Source: Alphaproteobacteria bacterium (GTDB taxonomy: Bacteria; Pseudomonadota; Alphaproteobacteria; Rickettsiales; JABCZZ01). From it: a stretch of DNA of 64,000 nucleotides. Below are positions 49,809 through 59,060 of the stretch, one piece after another. The notes under the pieces are model-generated. The model was not told the DNA's origin. It made no database searches and saw only the letters and a list, made by a program, of their open reading frames with translations. The DNA is taken from positions 38,862 through 102,861 of the forward strand of contig JABDCC010000001.1 of NCBI GenBank assembly GCA_013288335.1, given 5' to 3'. The first letter of the stretch is position 1, and every line of letters begins with the position of its first letter. Position numbers and translations under genes: made by a program.

Positions 49809-50198
49809 TTATCTATGCAGCGGAATTTTGGATGCTTTCTTGATTACGGTTTTCACCGGCTTATTCTTCGCATCCACATATACTACTTTTTGTTCAATTT
49901 TAGCTGCCTCTTCACGCGGCAACTGTTCGAGCGAGAGAATAATGACCTGATCGCCAGGTTGAAATAAACGCGCCGGACAGCCGTTCAAACAAATTTCACC
50001 TGAGCCTGATTTGCCAGGGATTGCATAAGTTTCCCAATGGACGGCGTTTGCCATGCTATTAATATGCAGGAGCTGAAAATCCATGATACCGGCTGCCTTC
50101 ATAAGCACGGGATCAATGGTGATACTGCCTTCGTAATTCAGGTTTGCATCCGTTACATGCACGCGATGCAATTTGCCTGTACATACCGTAATAGACAT
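49809..50198 (-). CDS. panD: PanD-like pyruvoyl-dependent decarboxylase (variant active site)
   Basis: GKLHR, YEG/SITID self-cleavage site, T57-Y58, N72; Arg54 replaced by His and NGAA by NGCP. Confidence 0.85.
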   Translation of the reverse strand: MSITVCTGKLHRVHVTDANLNYEGSITIDPVLMKAAGIMDFQLLHINSMANAVHWETYAIPGKSGSGEICLNGCPARLFQPGDQVIILSLEQLPREEAAKIEQKVVYVDAKNKPVKTVIKKASKIPLHR

Positions 50199-50376
50199 CA
50201 TTCCTCCATCCTGAAACCAGAGGATATTATCGCATTACTTAATAATAAAAAAGAGATTTGATCCCAATCAAATACATTAGATTTACTTTAGCCTATACTG
50301 AGAAAATGAGTAAATAAGTGCTATTACAGTGTGAGGAATTATATGGTTATACCTACATTAATCTTGGGGGGAATAT

Positions 50377-50922
50377 ATGAGCCGAGCTGCTAGAGCGGTT
50401 GCTGGACGCGATATGTCGCTTACAGGTGTCAGCCGCACATTCAAAGAGGATGAGATCATCGTTAGTAAAACCGATAATAAAGGTATTATTACATACGCAA
50501 ATGAGCTTTTTCTTAGTATAGCGGATTATACTCAGGAAGAAATATTGGGAAAACCGCATAGCATCATCCGACACCCGCATATGCCAAAAGCGATATTCAA
50601 ATTGTTGTGGAGTCAGGTAAGAAGTGGAAAAGAAATCTTTGCTTATGTAGTCAATCGCACGAAATACGGTGATCATTATTGGGTTATGGCTCATGTGACC
50701 CCATCATTTGACAATACTGGGAATGTTATTGGCTTTCATTCCAATCGTCGTGTGCCCACACGCTCAGCTCTCGCGGTTATTGAGCCGCTTTATAGAACAC
50801 TTAAGGCAGCGGAAGACAAGGCGAGCTCACCGCAAGAAGCTATGGAAGCTTCTACTAATATTCTGATGAATCTTCTCAAGGAAAAAGGCAAAAGTTATGA
50901 TGAATTTATCCTCTCTCTCTAA
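50377..50922 (+). CDS. Stand-alone Aer-type (FAD-binding) PAS protein
   Basis: [49 protein letters not shown]. Confidence 0.9.
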   Translation: MSRAARAVAGRDMSLTGVSRTFKEDEIIVSKTDNKGIITYANELFLSIADYTQEEILGKPHSIIRHPHMPKAIFKLLWSQVRSGKEIFAYVVNRTKYGDHYWVMAHVTPSFDNTGNVIGFHSNRRVPTRSALAVIEPLYRTLKAAEDKASSPQEAMEASTNILMNLLKEKGKSYDEFILSL

Positions 50923-52195
50923 AGCATTTTGGCTGAATATTGCGGTAGTGGTGGTAAGCATAATCGGCCTGGGTGCTGCGTTTATATTTCCCGAAACCAT
51001 CAAGATTGCGTTGGCAGTAGTCACTGTATTTTCAGTTTGGCAGATTATATATCTGCTACGAGTAGAAAAGGTGGTAACACAGATTTCCGAAGTGGGCTCC
51101 GAATGCGCGCATGGCAATATGGAGGCACGTGTTATTGTGCGTGGGGAGCAGGGGAATCTGCGCGAAATGGTAAAAAGTATCAATGATATGATTGACGTCG
51201 CTGATGCATACGTACGTGAATCGCGCGCCACACTCGAACATGCAGCGGAGGAGAAATACTATCGCAAAATCATGCTCACTGGGTTGCTTGGTTCATGGAA
51301 ACATGGCGCACAGGTCATGAATGATGGTATGGATGCTATTCGCCGCAATATGATAAACGCTATCCAGAAAGCGGCGCATAAGCTAGAAGAAACGGTTAAG
51401 CAGGCAGTTGATGAGTTGTCTCATTCTACCGATCAATTACAGAGTACTTCGCGAAATCTTTCCGGCATTGCGGAAACCGGTAGTGCGCAAGCAAAGAGCC
51501 TGGCTCATTCTTCGGGGGAAACTTCGCAGGCGGTGAGTGCGGTTGCGGCGGCAGTGGAAGAATTTTCCGCTTCGATCAGCGATATAAACAAACAGGTCAA
51601 TAATTCGAGCGGTATCGCAAGAGAAGCAGTAAGCAGCGCCGACAAAGCGAATGTGGCACTTACCGAACTTTTGGGTAATGCCGAAAAAATCGGTAATGTC
51701 ATTGAACTTATCAATGCTATTGCTTCTCAGATAAACTTGCTGGCGCTCAATGCAACGATTGAAGCGGCACGCGCAGGCGATGCTGGCAAAGGTTTTGCCG
51801 TGGTAGCCTCGGAAGTAAAATCACTTGCGACGCAGACTGCGAAAGCTACCTCTGAGATTGCCGAAAGCATAAGCGTTACTCGTCAAGGCATAGAAAGAGC
51901 AGCTGGATCCGTGCAGGAAATAGGTGGTGTGGTACATAAAATAAACGAATCTGCAACGGCCATCGCTGCGGCGATGGAAGAGCAAAGTGCGGTGACACAG
52001 GATATTTCTCGCTCCATACAAAGCGTTGCGCGTAATGCTAATGACATCGCCGACTCGGTGGTGGAAATGTCAGCGGCCGCCTCCAAAACCGGTGAAGCGT
52101 CACAGCAAATGAATCAGTCGTCCGATATGCTCGCTGCTCAGTCCGATTTACTGCGCAAAGAAATCGACGATTTCATCGTGGCGTTGTCGGCGTAA
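50897..52195 (+). CDS. Methyl-accepting chemotaxis protein
   Basis: TM hairpin, HAMP-like region, [37 protein letters not shown]. Confidence 0.95.
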   Translation: MMNLSSLSKAFWLNIAVVVVSIIGLGAAFIFPETIKIALAVVTVFSVWQIIYLLRVEKVVTQISEVGSECAHGNMEARVIVRGEQGNLREMVKSINDMIDVADAYVRESRATLEHAAEEKYYRKIMLTGLLGSWKHGAQVMNDGMDAIRRNMINAIQKAAHKLEETVKQAVDELSHSTDQLQSTSRNLSGIAETGSAQAKSLAHSSGETSQAVSAVAAAVEEFSASISDINKQVNNSSGIAREAVSSADKANVALTELLGNAEKIGNVIELINAIASQINLLALNATIEAARAGDAGKGFAVVASEVKSLATQTAKATSEIAESISVTRQGIERAAGSVQEIGGVVHKINESATAIAAAMEEQSAVTQDISRSIQSVARNANDIADSVVEMSAAASKTGEASQQMNQSSDMLAAQSDLLRKEIDDFIVALSA

Positions 52196-52205
52196 CACAG
52201 AAAGA

Positions 52206-52655
52206 TCAGGCGGCTTTTGTGCCCCATTGTTTCGCGGCTTTTTCCAGTTCGTCCTTTGAAACATCACGCACATGTGAGGCAATAGTCCATCTGATACCAA
52301 ATTTATCTTTAATTGAACCGGTTCGATCACCCCAAAACATATCCTGCACTGCAGAGGTTTCTTCAAGCCCTGCCTGTTTTGCCTGACGGAAAGTTGCATC
52401 CACATCCTCCATGTATAAATAAAAACTGGAGTTGCTTGCAGTGCTCATTTGCGGATTTACATCACAAAGGAAAAGTCTTGATGAGCCAATTTGGAGGCAT
52501 GCATGCATAATCTTGCTGCCGTCGGGGGTATTCATTCGGTAAACTTCTTTTGCACCAAATGCCTTTTCGTAAAGCTTGATTGCTTCTGCGGCGCCTTCCA
52601 CTATCAAAGTGGGGGTAATGGTATTGTAGCCTTCAGGAATGGGGTGTTTGGACAT
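52206..52655 (-). CDS. VOC/glyoxalase (PhnB-like) protein
   Basis: TPTL.V.GAAEAI..Y.KAFGA, MHA.L.IG, DMFWGDR.G...D.FG..W.I. Confidence 0.9.
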   Translation of the reverse strand: MSKHPIPEGYNTITPTLIVEGAAEAIKLYEKAFGAKEVYRMNTPDGSKIMHACLQIGSSRLFLCDVNPQMSTASNSSFYLYMEDVDATFRQAKQAGLEETSAVQDMFWGDRTGSIKDKFGIRWTIASHVRDVSKDELEKAAKQWGTKAA

Positions 52656-52725
52656 AAAAACTCCTCAGGTTGTTGTACTCAACTGACTTAGGGTGAGGGG
52701 TATAAATAAACAATAAGTTTTTAGT

Positions 52726-52875
52726 TTAAGGCGCTTTGCCTTGTTCTTCTTTTTCTTTATAGATATACCCACCGCCTGCGCCCGCCGCGCCTGCTAAGAG
52801 TACAAAGCAACCTGACAAAGATAAGCTCATAAACAACATCAAAACGGTCAAAGTAACGGCGCGTGAAATTTTCAT
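52726..52875 (-). CDS. 49-aa lipoprotein with Gly-rich helix; not in the ORF track
   Basis: MKISRAVTLTVLMLFMSLSLSG/CFVLLAGAAGAGGGYIYKEKEEQGKAP; lipobox LSGC; SD aggg. Confidence 0.75.
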   Translation of the reverse strand: MKISRAVTLTVLMLFMSLSLSGCFVLLAGAAGAGGGYIYKEKEEQGKAP

Positions 52876-52956
52876 TTTGTATCCCTAATTCCTTGTAGCA
52901 CGGTAATAATTACAACATAAAGTTACTATAATGAACTCTCAGCTAGCGCGCAATAT

Positions 52957-54084
52957 TTATAAACGCTGGGTGGCGATATGTTGTATCATGGCGCAAAGGT
53001 GATCGACACCTTCGATTTTTTTATTTTTAGAAGATTCTTTAATACGTTCAATAATTTGCGAAGGACTTGGAATTTCCTTATGTCCCTTTTTCTTCATATT
53101 TTCTTCTTCAAGTTGTCTGATGGAATTTACTGCCAACTCCGTTGCCTCAAAAAGATTTGGCGGAAGATTGGCTTGCTTGTAAACAGTCTTAAAGCCTGAT
53201 GAATCCTTGAGTAATATATGCATATTAGCAAGCGGTATGTGCAACAACCGCGCCAGGCTTATTTCAAATAACTGTAGATTTCCCATGCTGAGTGCAGAGA
53301 AAGGCGAAAGTGTATTATTATCATTTAACCATTTTATGAGATGAGCCAACTCTTTATCGGACGATTTAAAGCCCATTATTTTTATACGCGCGAGCTCAAG
53401 GCTATTATCCAACGTTTCCCGCATTGCTTTCATTTCAGCGAGATCGCCGTACTTTTCTTCCAGACGTTTGCGCACCGTACCGGATAACCGTTCGATAATT
53501 TTATCCACTACAACAACTGGAAGTGAATTGCGCTGGAAAATGGATTCCATGAGTTCGGCATTGTCGTGATAATCTTTTGCAATTTTCTCAAAAGATTGCG
53601 CTGTGATATTCGCTCCCTCGTTATGCACGAGGGCGTTGACCACGGTTTCAATATTCGTATTTATGAGTTCGCTGGCAACCGCTTCGGATACGGTGTCGCG
53701 CTTTGCAATCGCCTCCAGTTTTTTGTCATCGACCATGGAATGGATGATATTCAAAAGATCGGCATCGCTTAATGCCTCCGAATATTGCAATATCGGGCCG
53801 GCTACTTCATCTACGTCGCTTGCGATTTGCCGCGCGAGATCCGGCGGTAATTTATCGCTCTGGCTTAATTGCATGGCAAGCATCGCGCGTACTATCATTC
53901 CTGCGCGCTCGAGCAACAGGCGAAAAATATCATTGGCAATAGCGGTTTGCTGGCTATTCATGCTATCGGAGCCTTCTGCGGTATATTGCTCCGCCAGTTT
54001 TTCTACCAGCGCAATCTGGGTCTTCACGGAACGATCCGTCATCAGGCGTTGAATATCTTCTTGTGATAAGACGTCTTTTGCCAT
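52957..54084 (-). CDS. DUF2336-family protein
   Basis: VR..LA..L.....P..LA..IA.D..EVAGPIL..S..LSDADL..I, AIA.R..VSE.V...L, L..N.GA. Confidence 0.8.
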   Translation of the reverse strand: MAKDVLSQEDIQRLMTDRSVKTQIALVEKLAEQYTAEGSDSMNSQQTAIANDIFRLLLERAGMIVRAMLAMQLSQSDKLPPDLARQIASDVDEVAGPILQYSEALSDADLLNIIHSMVDDKKLEAIAKRDTVSEAVASELINTNIETVVNALVHNEGANITAQSFEKIAKDYHDNAELMESIFQRNSLPVVVVDKIIERLSGTVRKRLEEKYGDLAEMKAMRETLDNSLELARIKIMGFKSSDKELAHLIKWLNDNNTLSPFSALSMGNLQLFEISLARLLHIPLANMHILLKDSSGFKTVYKQANLPPNLFEATELAVNSIRQLEEENMKKKGHKEIPSPSQIIERIKESSKNKKIEGVDHLCAMIQHIATQRL

Positions 54085-54086
54085 AG

Positions 54087-54740
54087 CTATTTCTTTTCAC
54101 CAAGGCTTGCAAATAATGCGTCGACCTGCTCCTGCGAGGGCGCAAGGCCGGAGTGTTGTGGACCATTTAATAATTCTGCATCGCTTAATGGTTTATCCGT
54201 CTTAGGCGCTTCTATATGTTCAGCGCTGCTGTTGAATAATTTATTAAGTTTGTCGACGCCTTCCTCAATAGTATTGAGTAATTTAATAACTTTATTGATT
54301 CTCTGACCATTGAGATCCTGAAAATTACATGCTTCATAGATGCGATTTGTTGCATCCATAATTTGTTTCTCTTTTTCACCACCAAGTCCCGCTGCTGCTC
54401 CCTGAATAGCGTCGGCAGCGTCCATAATATTATGGCTTGCCACTTCCGTTGCTTTAATAACCTCATCCAGATGTTGCGAAGCATCGGTAATTACCGCCTC
54501 TGATTTATCGTTGCTGGAGATAACAAAGATTTCTTTCTTTGCGGTGGCAATATATTGTGCAAGTCGCGCAATTTCCTGATGCATAAACTGGTCTGCTTCA
54601 GTTGCAGTAGGGTGCAGCGATGAAGCCATCTGCATAAAAATACCACCGACATCTCCCAGTGAAACATTGCCTTTTTGTTCCTTAAGCTGGACAAGGCTCT
54701 TTAGTAATGCATCGCCTACCTTATTCTGTATATCATGCAT
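54087..54740 (-). CDS. cheZ: Alphaproteobacterial CheZ phosphatase
   Basis: LDEVIKATE.A...IMDAA, IYEACNFQDLNGQRI.KV (DxxxQ), LLNGPQ, Q..VDALF tail. Confidence 0.88.
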   Translation of the reverse strand: MHDIQNKVGDALLKSLVQLKEQKGNVSLGDVGGIFMQMASSLHPTATEADQFMHQEIARLAQYIATAKKEIFVISSNDKSEAVITDASQHLDEVIKATEVASHNIMDAADAIQGAAAGLGGEKEKQIMDATNRIYEACNFQDLNGQRINKVIKLLNTIEEGVDKLNKLFNSSAEHIEAPKTDKPLSDAELLNGPQHSGLAPSQEQVDALFASLGEKK

Positions 54741-54771
54741 TTATTAGCTTCCTTAATATGTTGATATATTA

Positions 54772-55158
54772 CTAGAATGCACCGATGACGCTGACTATTT
54801 TAGATTTTAGTGTATCTACAGAAAATGGTTTAACGATGTAGTTGCTGACTCCGGCTTGCTTCGCAGCGATGATATTTTCGGGCTTGCTTTCTGCGGTAAC
54901 CAGAATGAAAGGCATGTCTTTGGTTTTAGCATCGGCGCGCACATGTTTGAGCAAATCAAAGCCTGTCATCGGCTCCATATTCCAATCGGAGATAATCATG
55001 TCGATTTGTTTTTCCTGCAATTTTTCTATCGCCTCTTTGCCATTTGCGGCTTCGTCGAGATTGGTGAAGCCGAGTTGAGTAAGCAGGTTGCGGACGATTC
55101 GGCGCATGGTGCTATAATCATCGACGATTAAAATAGACATGGCTTTGTTTACTGTCAT
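54772..55158 (-). CDS. cheY: Chemotaxis response regulator CheY
   Basis: ILIVDDYSTMRRIV, ISDWNMEPMTG, VTAE, AGVSNYIVKPF. Confidence 0.93.
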   Translation of the reverse strand: MTVNKAMSILIVDDYSTMRRIVRNLLTQLGFTNLDEAANGKEAIEKLQEKQIDMIISDWNMEPMTGFDLLKHVRADAKTKDMPFILVTAESKPENIIAAKQAGVSNYIVKPFSVDTLKSKIVSVIGAF

Positions 55159-55300
55159 AAAAGATCCATAATTAAATAATTACACATTGTCGCGAGAGTA
55201 TATTAAGGCTAAGTTTAGAGTGAATCAGCAATAATTATTAGCAAATATATTATAAAATTATAATTTTATATTTTAACTGGCAAATATATTACATTGTATT

Positions 55301-55315
55301 TTAACTTAAAATTAA
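55301..55315 (+). promoter_or_regulatory. CtrA-type box between divergent che genes
   Basis: ttaacttaaaattaa; identical to the reverse complement of 19169-19183. Confidence 0.7.
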
Positions 55316-55501
55316 TCTTTTTCATATAAGAATTGGGATACTGCCAGCAAATCAGCCAATTTAGGATTAATCATGCAAATCTATAACTCTGACAGCCTGT
55401 GCGGTAATGGGACAAGCGAAATTCTACGTTCCTTGACAGTGAGCCCGTCAAACTGGTTAATCAATAGGAATATTTCTGTTCTGTGAGGGAAGAGGTCAGT
55501 C

Positions 55502-55867
55502 ATGCCCAGCTGTTTAATCGTTGATGATTCGAAATTAGTGCGCAAATTAGCACGACGTATGATCGAACCTATGGGGTTTGCCATCGAAGAAGCCGAAGAT
55601 GGGGTCGATGCGCTTTCCAAATGCCAGCAACTGATACCGGATTTTATTTTGCTAGACTGGTATATGCCAAATATGAACGGGCTTGAATTTATTAAAGCTT
55701 TTCGCGCGTTGCCGGGAACGGATGCAACCAAAGTGATGTTTTGCACTACGGAAAACAATCCTGATCTCATCATGCAGGCCATTACTGCCGGTGCCAGTGA
55801 ATATGTGATGAAACCATTCGATGAAGAAATACTGAAAACAAAAATGTCGCAAATCGGTTTGCTGTAA
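55502..55867 (+). CDS. cheY: Second CheY-like receiver
   Basis: CLIVDDS..VRK.AR, LLDWYMP.M.G, FCTTEN, EYVMKPFD. Confidence 0.9.
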   Translation: MPSCLIVDDSKLVRKLARRMIEPMGFAIEEAEDGVDALSKCQQLIPDFILLDWYMPNMNGLEFIKAFRALPGTDATKVMFCTTENNPDLIMQAITAGASEYVMKPFDEEILKTKMSQIGLL

Positions 55868-55882
55868 ACAGAGGATACTTAA

Positions 55883-56965
55883 ATGACTATTGGGGTGTTA
55901 CTGGTAGACGACTCGGCGGTAGTGCGTGGTTTGATCACGCGCGCACTGAGTGCGGATAGCAACATCCGCATATTAGGCAGTGCATTTAATGGCGCTGTGG
56001 CAATTCCTTTGGTCAAGCAATACCAGCCCGACATCATCATTCTAGATATCGAAATGCCGGAGATGGATGGCATAACCGCTTTACCAAAGCTTATTGAAGC
56101 GGCACCCAAGGCGAAAATAATCATGGCCTCTACGCTTACCTTGCGTAACGCCGATATCAGTCTTCGTGCTCTTGAATTAGGTGCATCCGATTATGTAGCC
56201 AAACCGACGGCACGTGATGGTACAGAGTTGGAGAAATTTTACCGTGAGTTGCTGGAAAAAATATATGCACTTACTGGACATACAAAATTACAAGCAATTG
56301 CTTCTCCTTCTGCTGCCGCTCAGATATCTCCTGCATTATTTTCCTCAAAACCCATAACATTATTACCCAACACGCCTTTTACCAGGCCCATTAGGGCTGT
56401 GGCGATCGCGTGTTCTACCGGTGGTCCTCAGGCGTTAGTGACATTATTTACCGCATTAAGAGGACACTTAAAAAATATCCCGATTTTTATTACGCAGCAT
56501 ATGCCACCCACTTTTACAACCATACTAGCGCAGAATATTTCCAAAGTTGGTGAACGCCCATGCAAGGAAGGTATGGATGGAGAATTAGTTGCCGCAGGGC
56601 AGACTTATATTGCGCCGGGTAATTTTCATATGGTTGCAGAAAGAAAAAATAATTCTGTTGTTATTCATACCAACCAAGAGCCACCTGAAAATTTCTGTAG
56701 GCCGGCAGCCGATCCAATGCTTCGGAGTTTAAGTGCAGTGTACGGTGCGGAATTGCTGGTAGTGGTAATGACAGGTATGGGATCAGACGGGTTGGAAGGC
56801 GCAAAAATAGCAGTGAGTAATGCTGCCAGTGTAGTTGCTCAGGATGAAGCATCCAGTGTTGTCTGGGGAATGCCAGGTGCGGTGGCCACCAATGGATTAT
56901 GCCGCGCGGTTTTGCCATTAAAAGAAATTGCACCTTATCTTATCAGGACCATAGCAAATGCGTAG
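55883..56965 (+). CDS. cheB: Chemotaxis methylesterase CheB
   Basis: Receiver domain plus CSTGGP, QHMPP.FT, RPAAD, MTGMGSDG, VWGMP. Confidence 0.96.
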   Translation: MTIGVLLVDDSAVVRGLITRALSADSNIRILGSAFNGAVAIPLVKQYQPDIIILDIEMPEMDGITALPKLIEAAPKAKIIMASTLTLRNADISLRALELGASDYVAKPTARDGTELEKFYRELLEKIYALTGHTKLQAIASPSAAAQISPALFSSKPITLLPNTPFTRPIRAVAIACSTGGPQALVTLFTALRGHLKNIPIFITQHMPPTFTTILAQNISKVGERPCKEGMDGELVAAGQTYIAPGNFHMVAERKNNSVVIHTNQEPPENFCRPAADPMLRSLSAVYGAELLVVVMTGMGSDGLEGAKIAVSNAASVVAQDEASSVVWGMPGAVATNGLCRAVLPLKEIAPYLIRTIANA

Positions 56966-57764
56966 TGATGAACTTGATTTTATTATAAAACTATTGATGG
57001 ATCGCTCTGGTCTTGCGCTGACGGCGGAGAAAGAATATCTCATTGAAAGCAGGTTGCTGCCTATTGCGCGCGCTCAGGCTTGCAAAGATCTTTCTGAATT
57101 GATTGTATTATTGCGAACCCGTCCAACGGAAGCGCTGCTGACGGAAGTCACTGAAGCGATGACAACGAATGAGACGTATTTCTTTCGCGATGGCAAGCCA
57201 TTTGAGCAACTTAAAACGACTATTCTGCCACAATTGCGTGTAAATGCCGGGATACGGCGTAATTTGCGTATCTGGAGTGCCGCTTGCTCTAACGGTCAGG
57301 AGCCTTATACGACTGCTATGATCATCCGTGAAGAAAATTTGCCCGAATGGAAATATGAGATACTCGCAACCGACCTGGCAGACAAAGTAATTAAGAAATC
57401 GCAGCAGGGTATATATTCGCAGTTTGAAGTGCAACGGGGGATGCCCATTCAGTTTCTGCTTAAATATTTCAAGCAGAACGAGGAATCCAACTGGCAGATA
57501 AAGGACGAATTGCGTTCTATGATCCAGTTTCGTATTCAGAATCTGCTCAAGGATTATAATTCTCTGGGCAGATTTGATCTTATTTTCTGTCGGAATGTAT
57601 TGATTTATTTTAACGATGCGACCAAAGCCAAAGTAATAGAAAATATGTGCAACATCATACAGCCCAAAGGGTTTTTATGCTTAGGCAGCACGGAAGCAAT
57701 TATTGGCAATAAAGAACGCCTTGTTGAAGTGGAAGGTTGTCGCGGCTTTTATCAATTGAGGTAA
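56958..57764 (+). CDS. cheR: Chemotaxis methyltransferase CheR
   Basis: TTNETYFFRD, IWSAACS.GQEPY, FDLIFCRNVLIYF. Confidence 0.96.
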   Translation: MRSDELDFIIKLLMDRSGLALTAEKEYLIESRLLPIARAQACKDLSELIVLLRTRPTEALLTEVTEAMTTNETYFFRDGKPFEQLKTTILPQLRVNAGIRRNLRIWSAACSNGQEPYTTAMIIREENLPEWKYEILATDLADKVIKKSQQGIYSQFEVQRGMPIQFLLKYFKQNEESNWQIKDELRSMIQFRIQNLLKDYNSLGRFDLIFCRNVLIYFNDATKAKVIENMCNIIQPKGFLCLGSTEAIIGNKERLVEVEGCRGFYQLR

Positions 57765-57817
57765 AGATCGCAAGAAACGGATAGTATTTGCGAATAATTT
57801 TGCGGTAATATATTCGC

Positions 57818-58678
57818 ATGACACAAACCAATCCCACATTTGAAGTGAGCCTCATGCGCGAGATTTGCCATTATATTGAGGCTAATCTTGATAAGCGCTT
57901 AACGCTTGCGGAACTCAGCAAACAAGCACATTTGAGTCCCCCGCATTTTCAACGCAGGTTTAAAGCGGTGATTGGTGTTTCACCAAAAGAATATATTGCA
58001 TCCTGTCGTATAAAAAAATTTAAAAACAGTTTAAAAAATAACAATTCAGTAACCGATGCAATTTACGATGGCGGTTTTGGATCCAGCAGTCGTGTATATA
58101 GCAAAATTGATTCAAAGCTCGGCATGACGCCCAGACAATACAAAGAGCAAGGCAGGCGGATTACTATTTCTTATGGGTTTGGAGAAACCCCTTACGGTAC
58201 GGTGCTTATTGCTGCCACGGATCGCGGCATTTGTTTTATCCAGTTCAGGGAGTCACAAGAAACCTTGCTTGAAAATTTACAGGCCGAATTTAAAAATGCA
58301 GCACTTGTTCCTATGCGAAAAGAATCCAAAGAGCAGTTTGCTTTGTGGATAAAGGCACTTTGCGCGTATTTAAAAGGGAAACCCGGATCGCTCGATTTGC
58401 CGCTGGATATAAAGGGCACTGCATTTCAGATTAAGGTCTGGAAATATTTGCAAAAGATTCCTTATGGAAAAGTTGAGTCGTATGCGGAAGTTGCAAAAGG
58501 TATCGGCAATAAAAAAGCTTACCGTGCGGTTGCTAATGCTTGTGCCAATAATAAAATCGCTATCGTGATACCTTGCCATCGTGTGATTCGCGGCAATGGC
58601 GAGTTGGCAGGATTTCGCTGGGGCGGGGTGGAAGTGAAGAAGAAATTATTGGAATTGGAGAATTCTGAGCTTTCTTAA
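57818..58678 (+). CDS. Ada-like AraC HTH plus O6-methylguanine-DNA methyltransferase, lacking the N-terminal Zn domain
   Basis: S..HFQRRFK...GVSPKEY, GTAFQ.KVW..L..IP.G, IPCHRV active site. Confidence 0.92.
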   Translation: MTQTNPTFEVSLMREICHYIEANLDKRLTLAELSKQAHLSPPHFQRRFKAVIGVSPKEYIASCRIKKFKNSLKNNNSVTDAIYDGGFGSSSRVYSKIDSKLGMTPRQYKEQGRRITISYGFGETPYGTVLIAATDRGICFIQFRESQETLLENLQAEFKNAALVPMRKESKEQFALWIKALCAYLKGKPGSLDLPLDIKGTAFQIKVWKYLQKIPYGKVESYAEVAKGIGNKKAYRAVANACANNKIAIVIPCHRVIRGNGELAGFRWGGVEVKKKLLELENSELS

Positions 58679-58696
58679 GCAAAGCATTTTTTATCC

Positions 58697-58724
58697 TTGA
58701 CATGCAACCAAATAGTTGCATAAT
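58697..58724 (+). promoter_or_regulatory. Sigma70-like promoter with embedded ArsR-type operator
   Basis: TTGACA-16-CATAAT; palindrome atgcaac-caaata-gttgcat between the hexamers. Confidence 0.8.
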
Positions 58725-58730
58725 AACATT

Positions 58731-59060
58731 ATGGGTACTGATGAAGACAGGGTGTTTAAAGCTCTCGCAGATAACAGCCGCAGAAAGCTGCTCGACAGGT
58801 TGCGTAAGAAGGGTGGCTTAACTCTGGGCGAACTCTGTGAGAAGCATGATATGAGTCGTCAGGCAGTGACCAAACATCTTGTTTTACTGGAGGCAGCCAA
58901 TCTTGTCGTCACAGTAAAACAGGGACGCGAGAAACTGCACTATCTCAATCCCATACCAATCAACGAAATTTATATGCGTTGGATCGGTAAGTTTGAGCAG
59001 GGTCGGATTCAAGCACTACATAATCTCAAACAAGCCTTGGAGGAGAATAATCATGACTAA
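58731..59060 (+). CDS. ArsR/SmtB family regulator
   Basis: VFKALAD..RR.LLD.L, MSRQAVTKHL..LE.ANLV...GREKLHYLN; start set to ATG 58731. Confidence 0.92.
   Translation: MGTDEDRVFKALADNSRRKLLDRLRKKGGLTLGELCEKHDMSRQAVTKHLVLLEAANLVVTVKQGREKLHYLNPIPINEIYMRWIGKFEQGRIQALHNLKQALEENNHD

Noticed and set aside
55373-55486. 37-codon ORF or c-di-GMP riboswitch upstream of cheY
   Set aside because: No protein motif, and the GEMM consensus is not met; only a weak ttgac...gtcaa hairpin.
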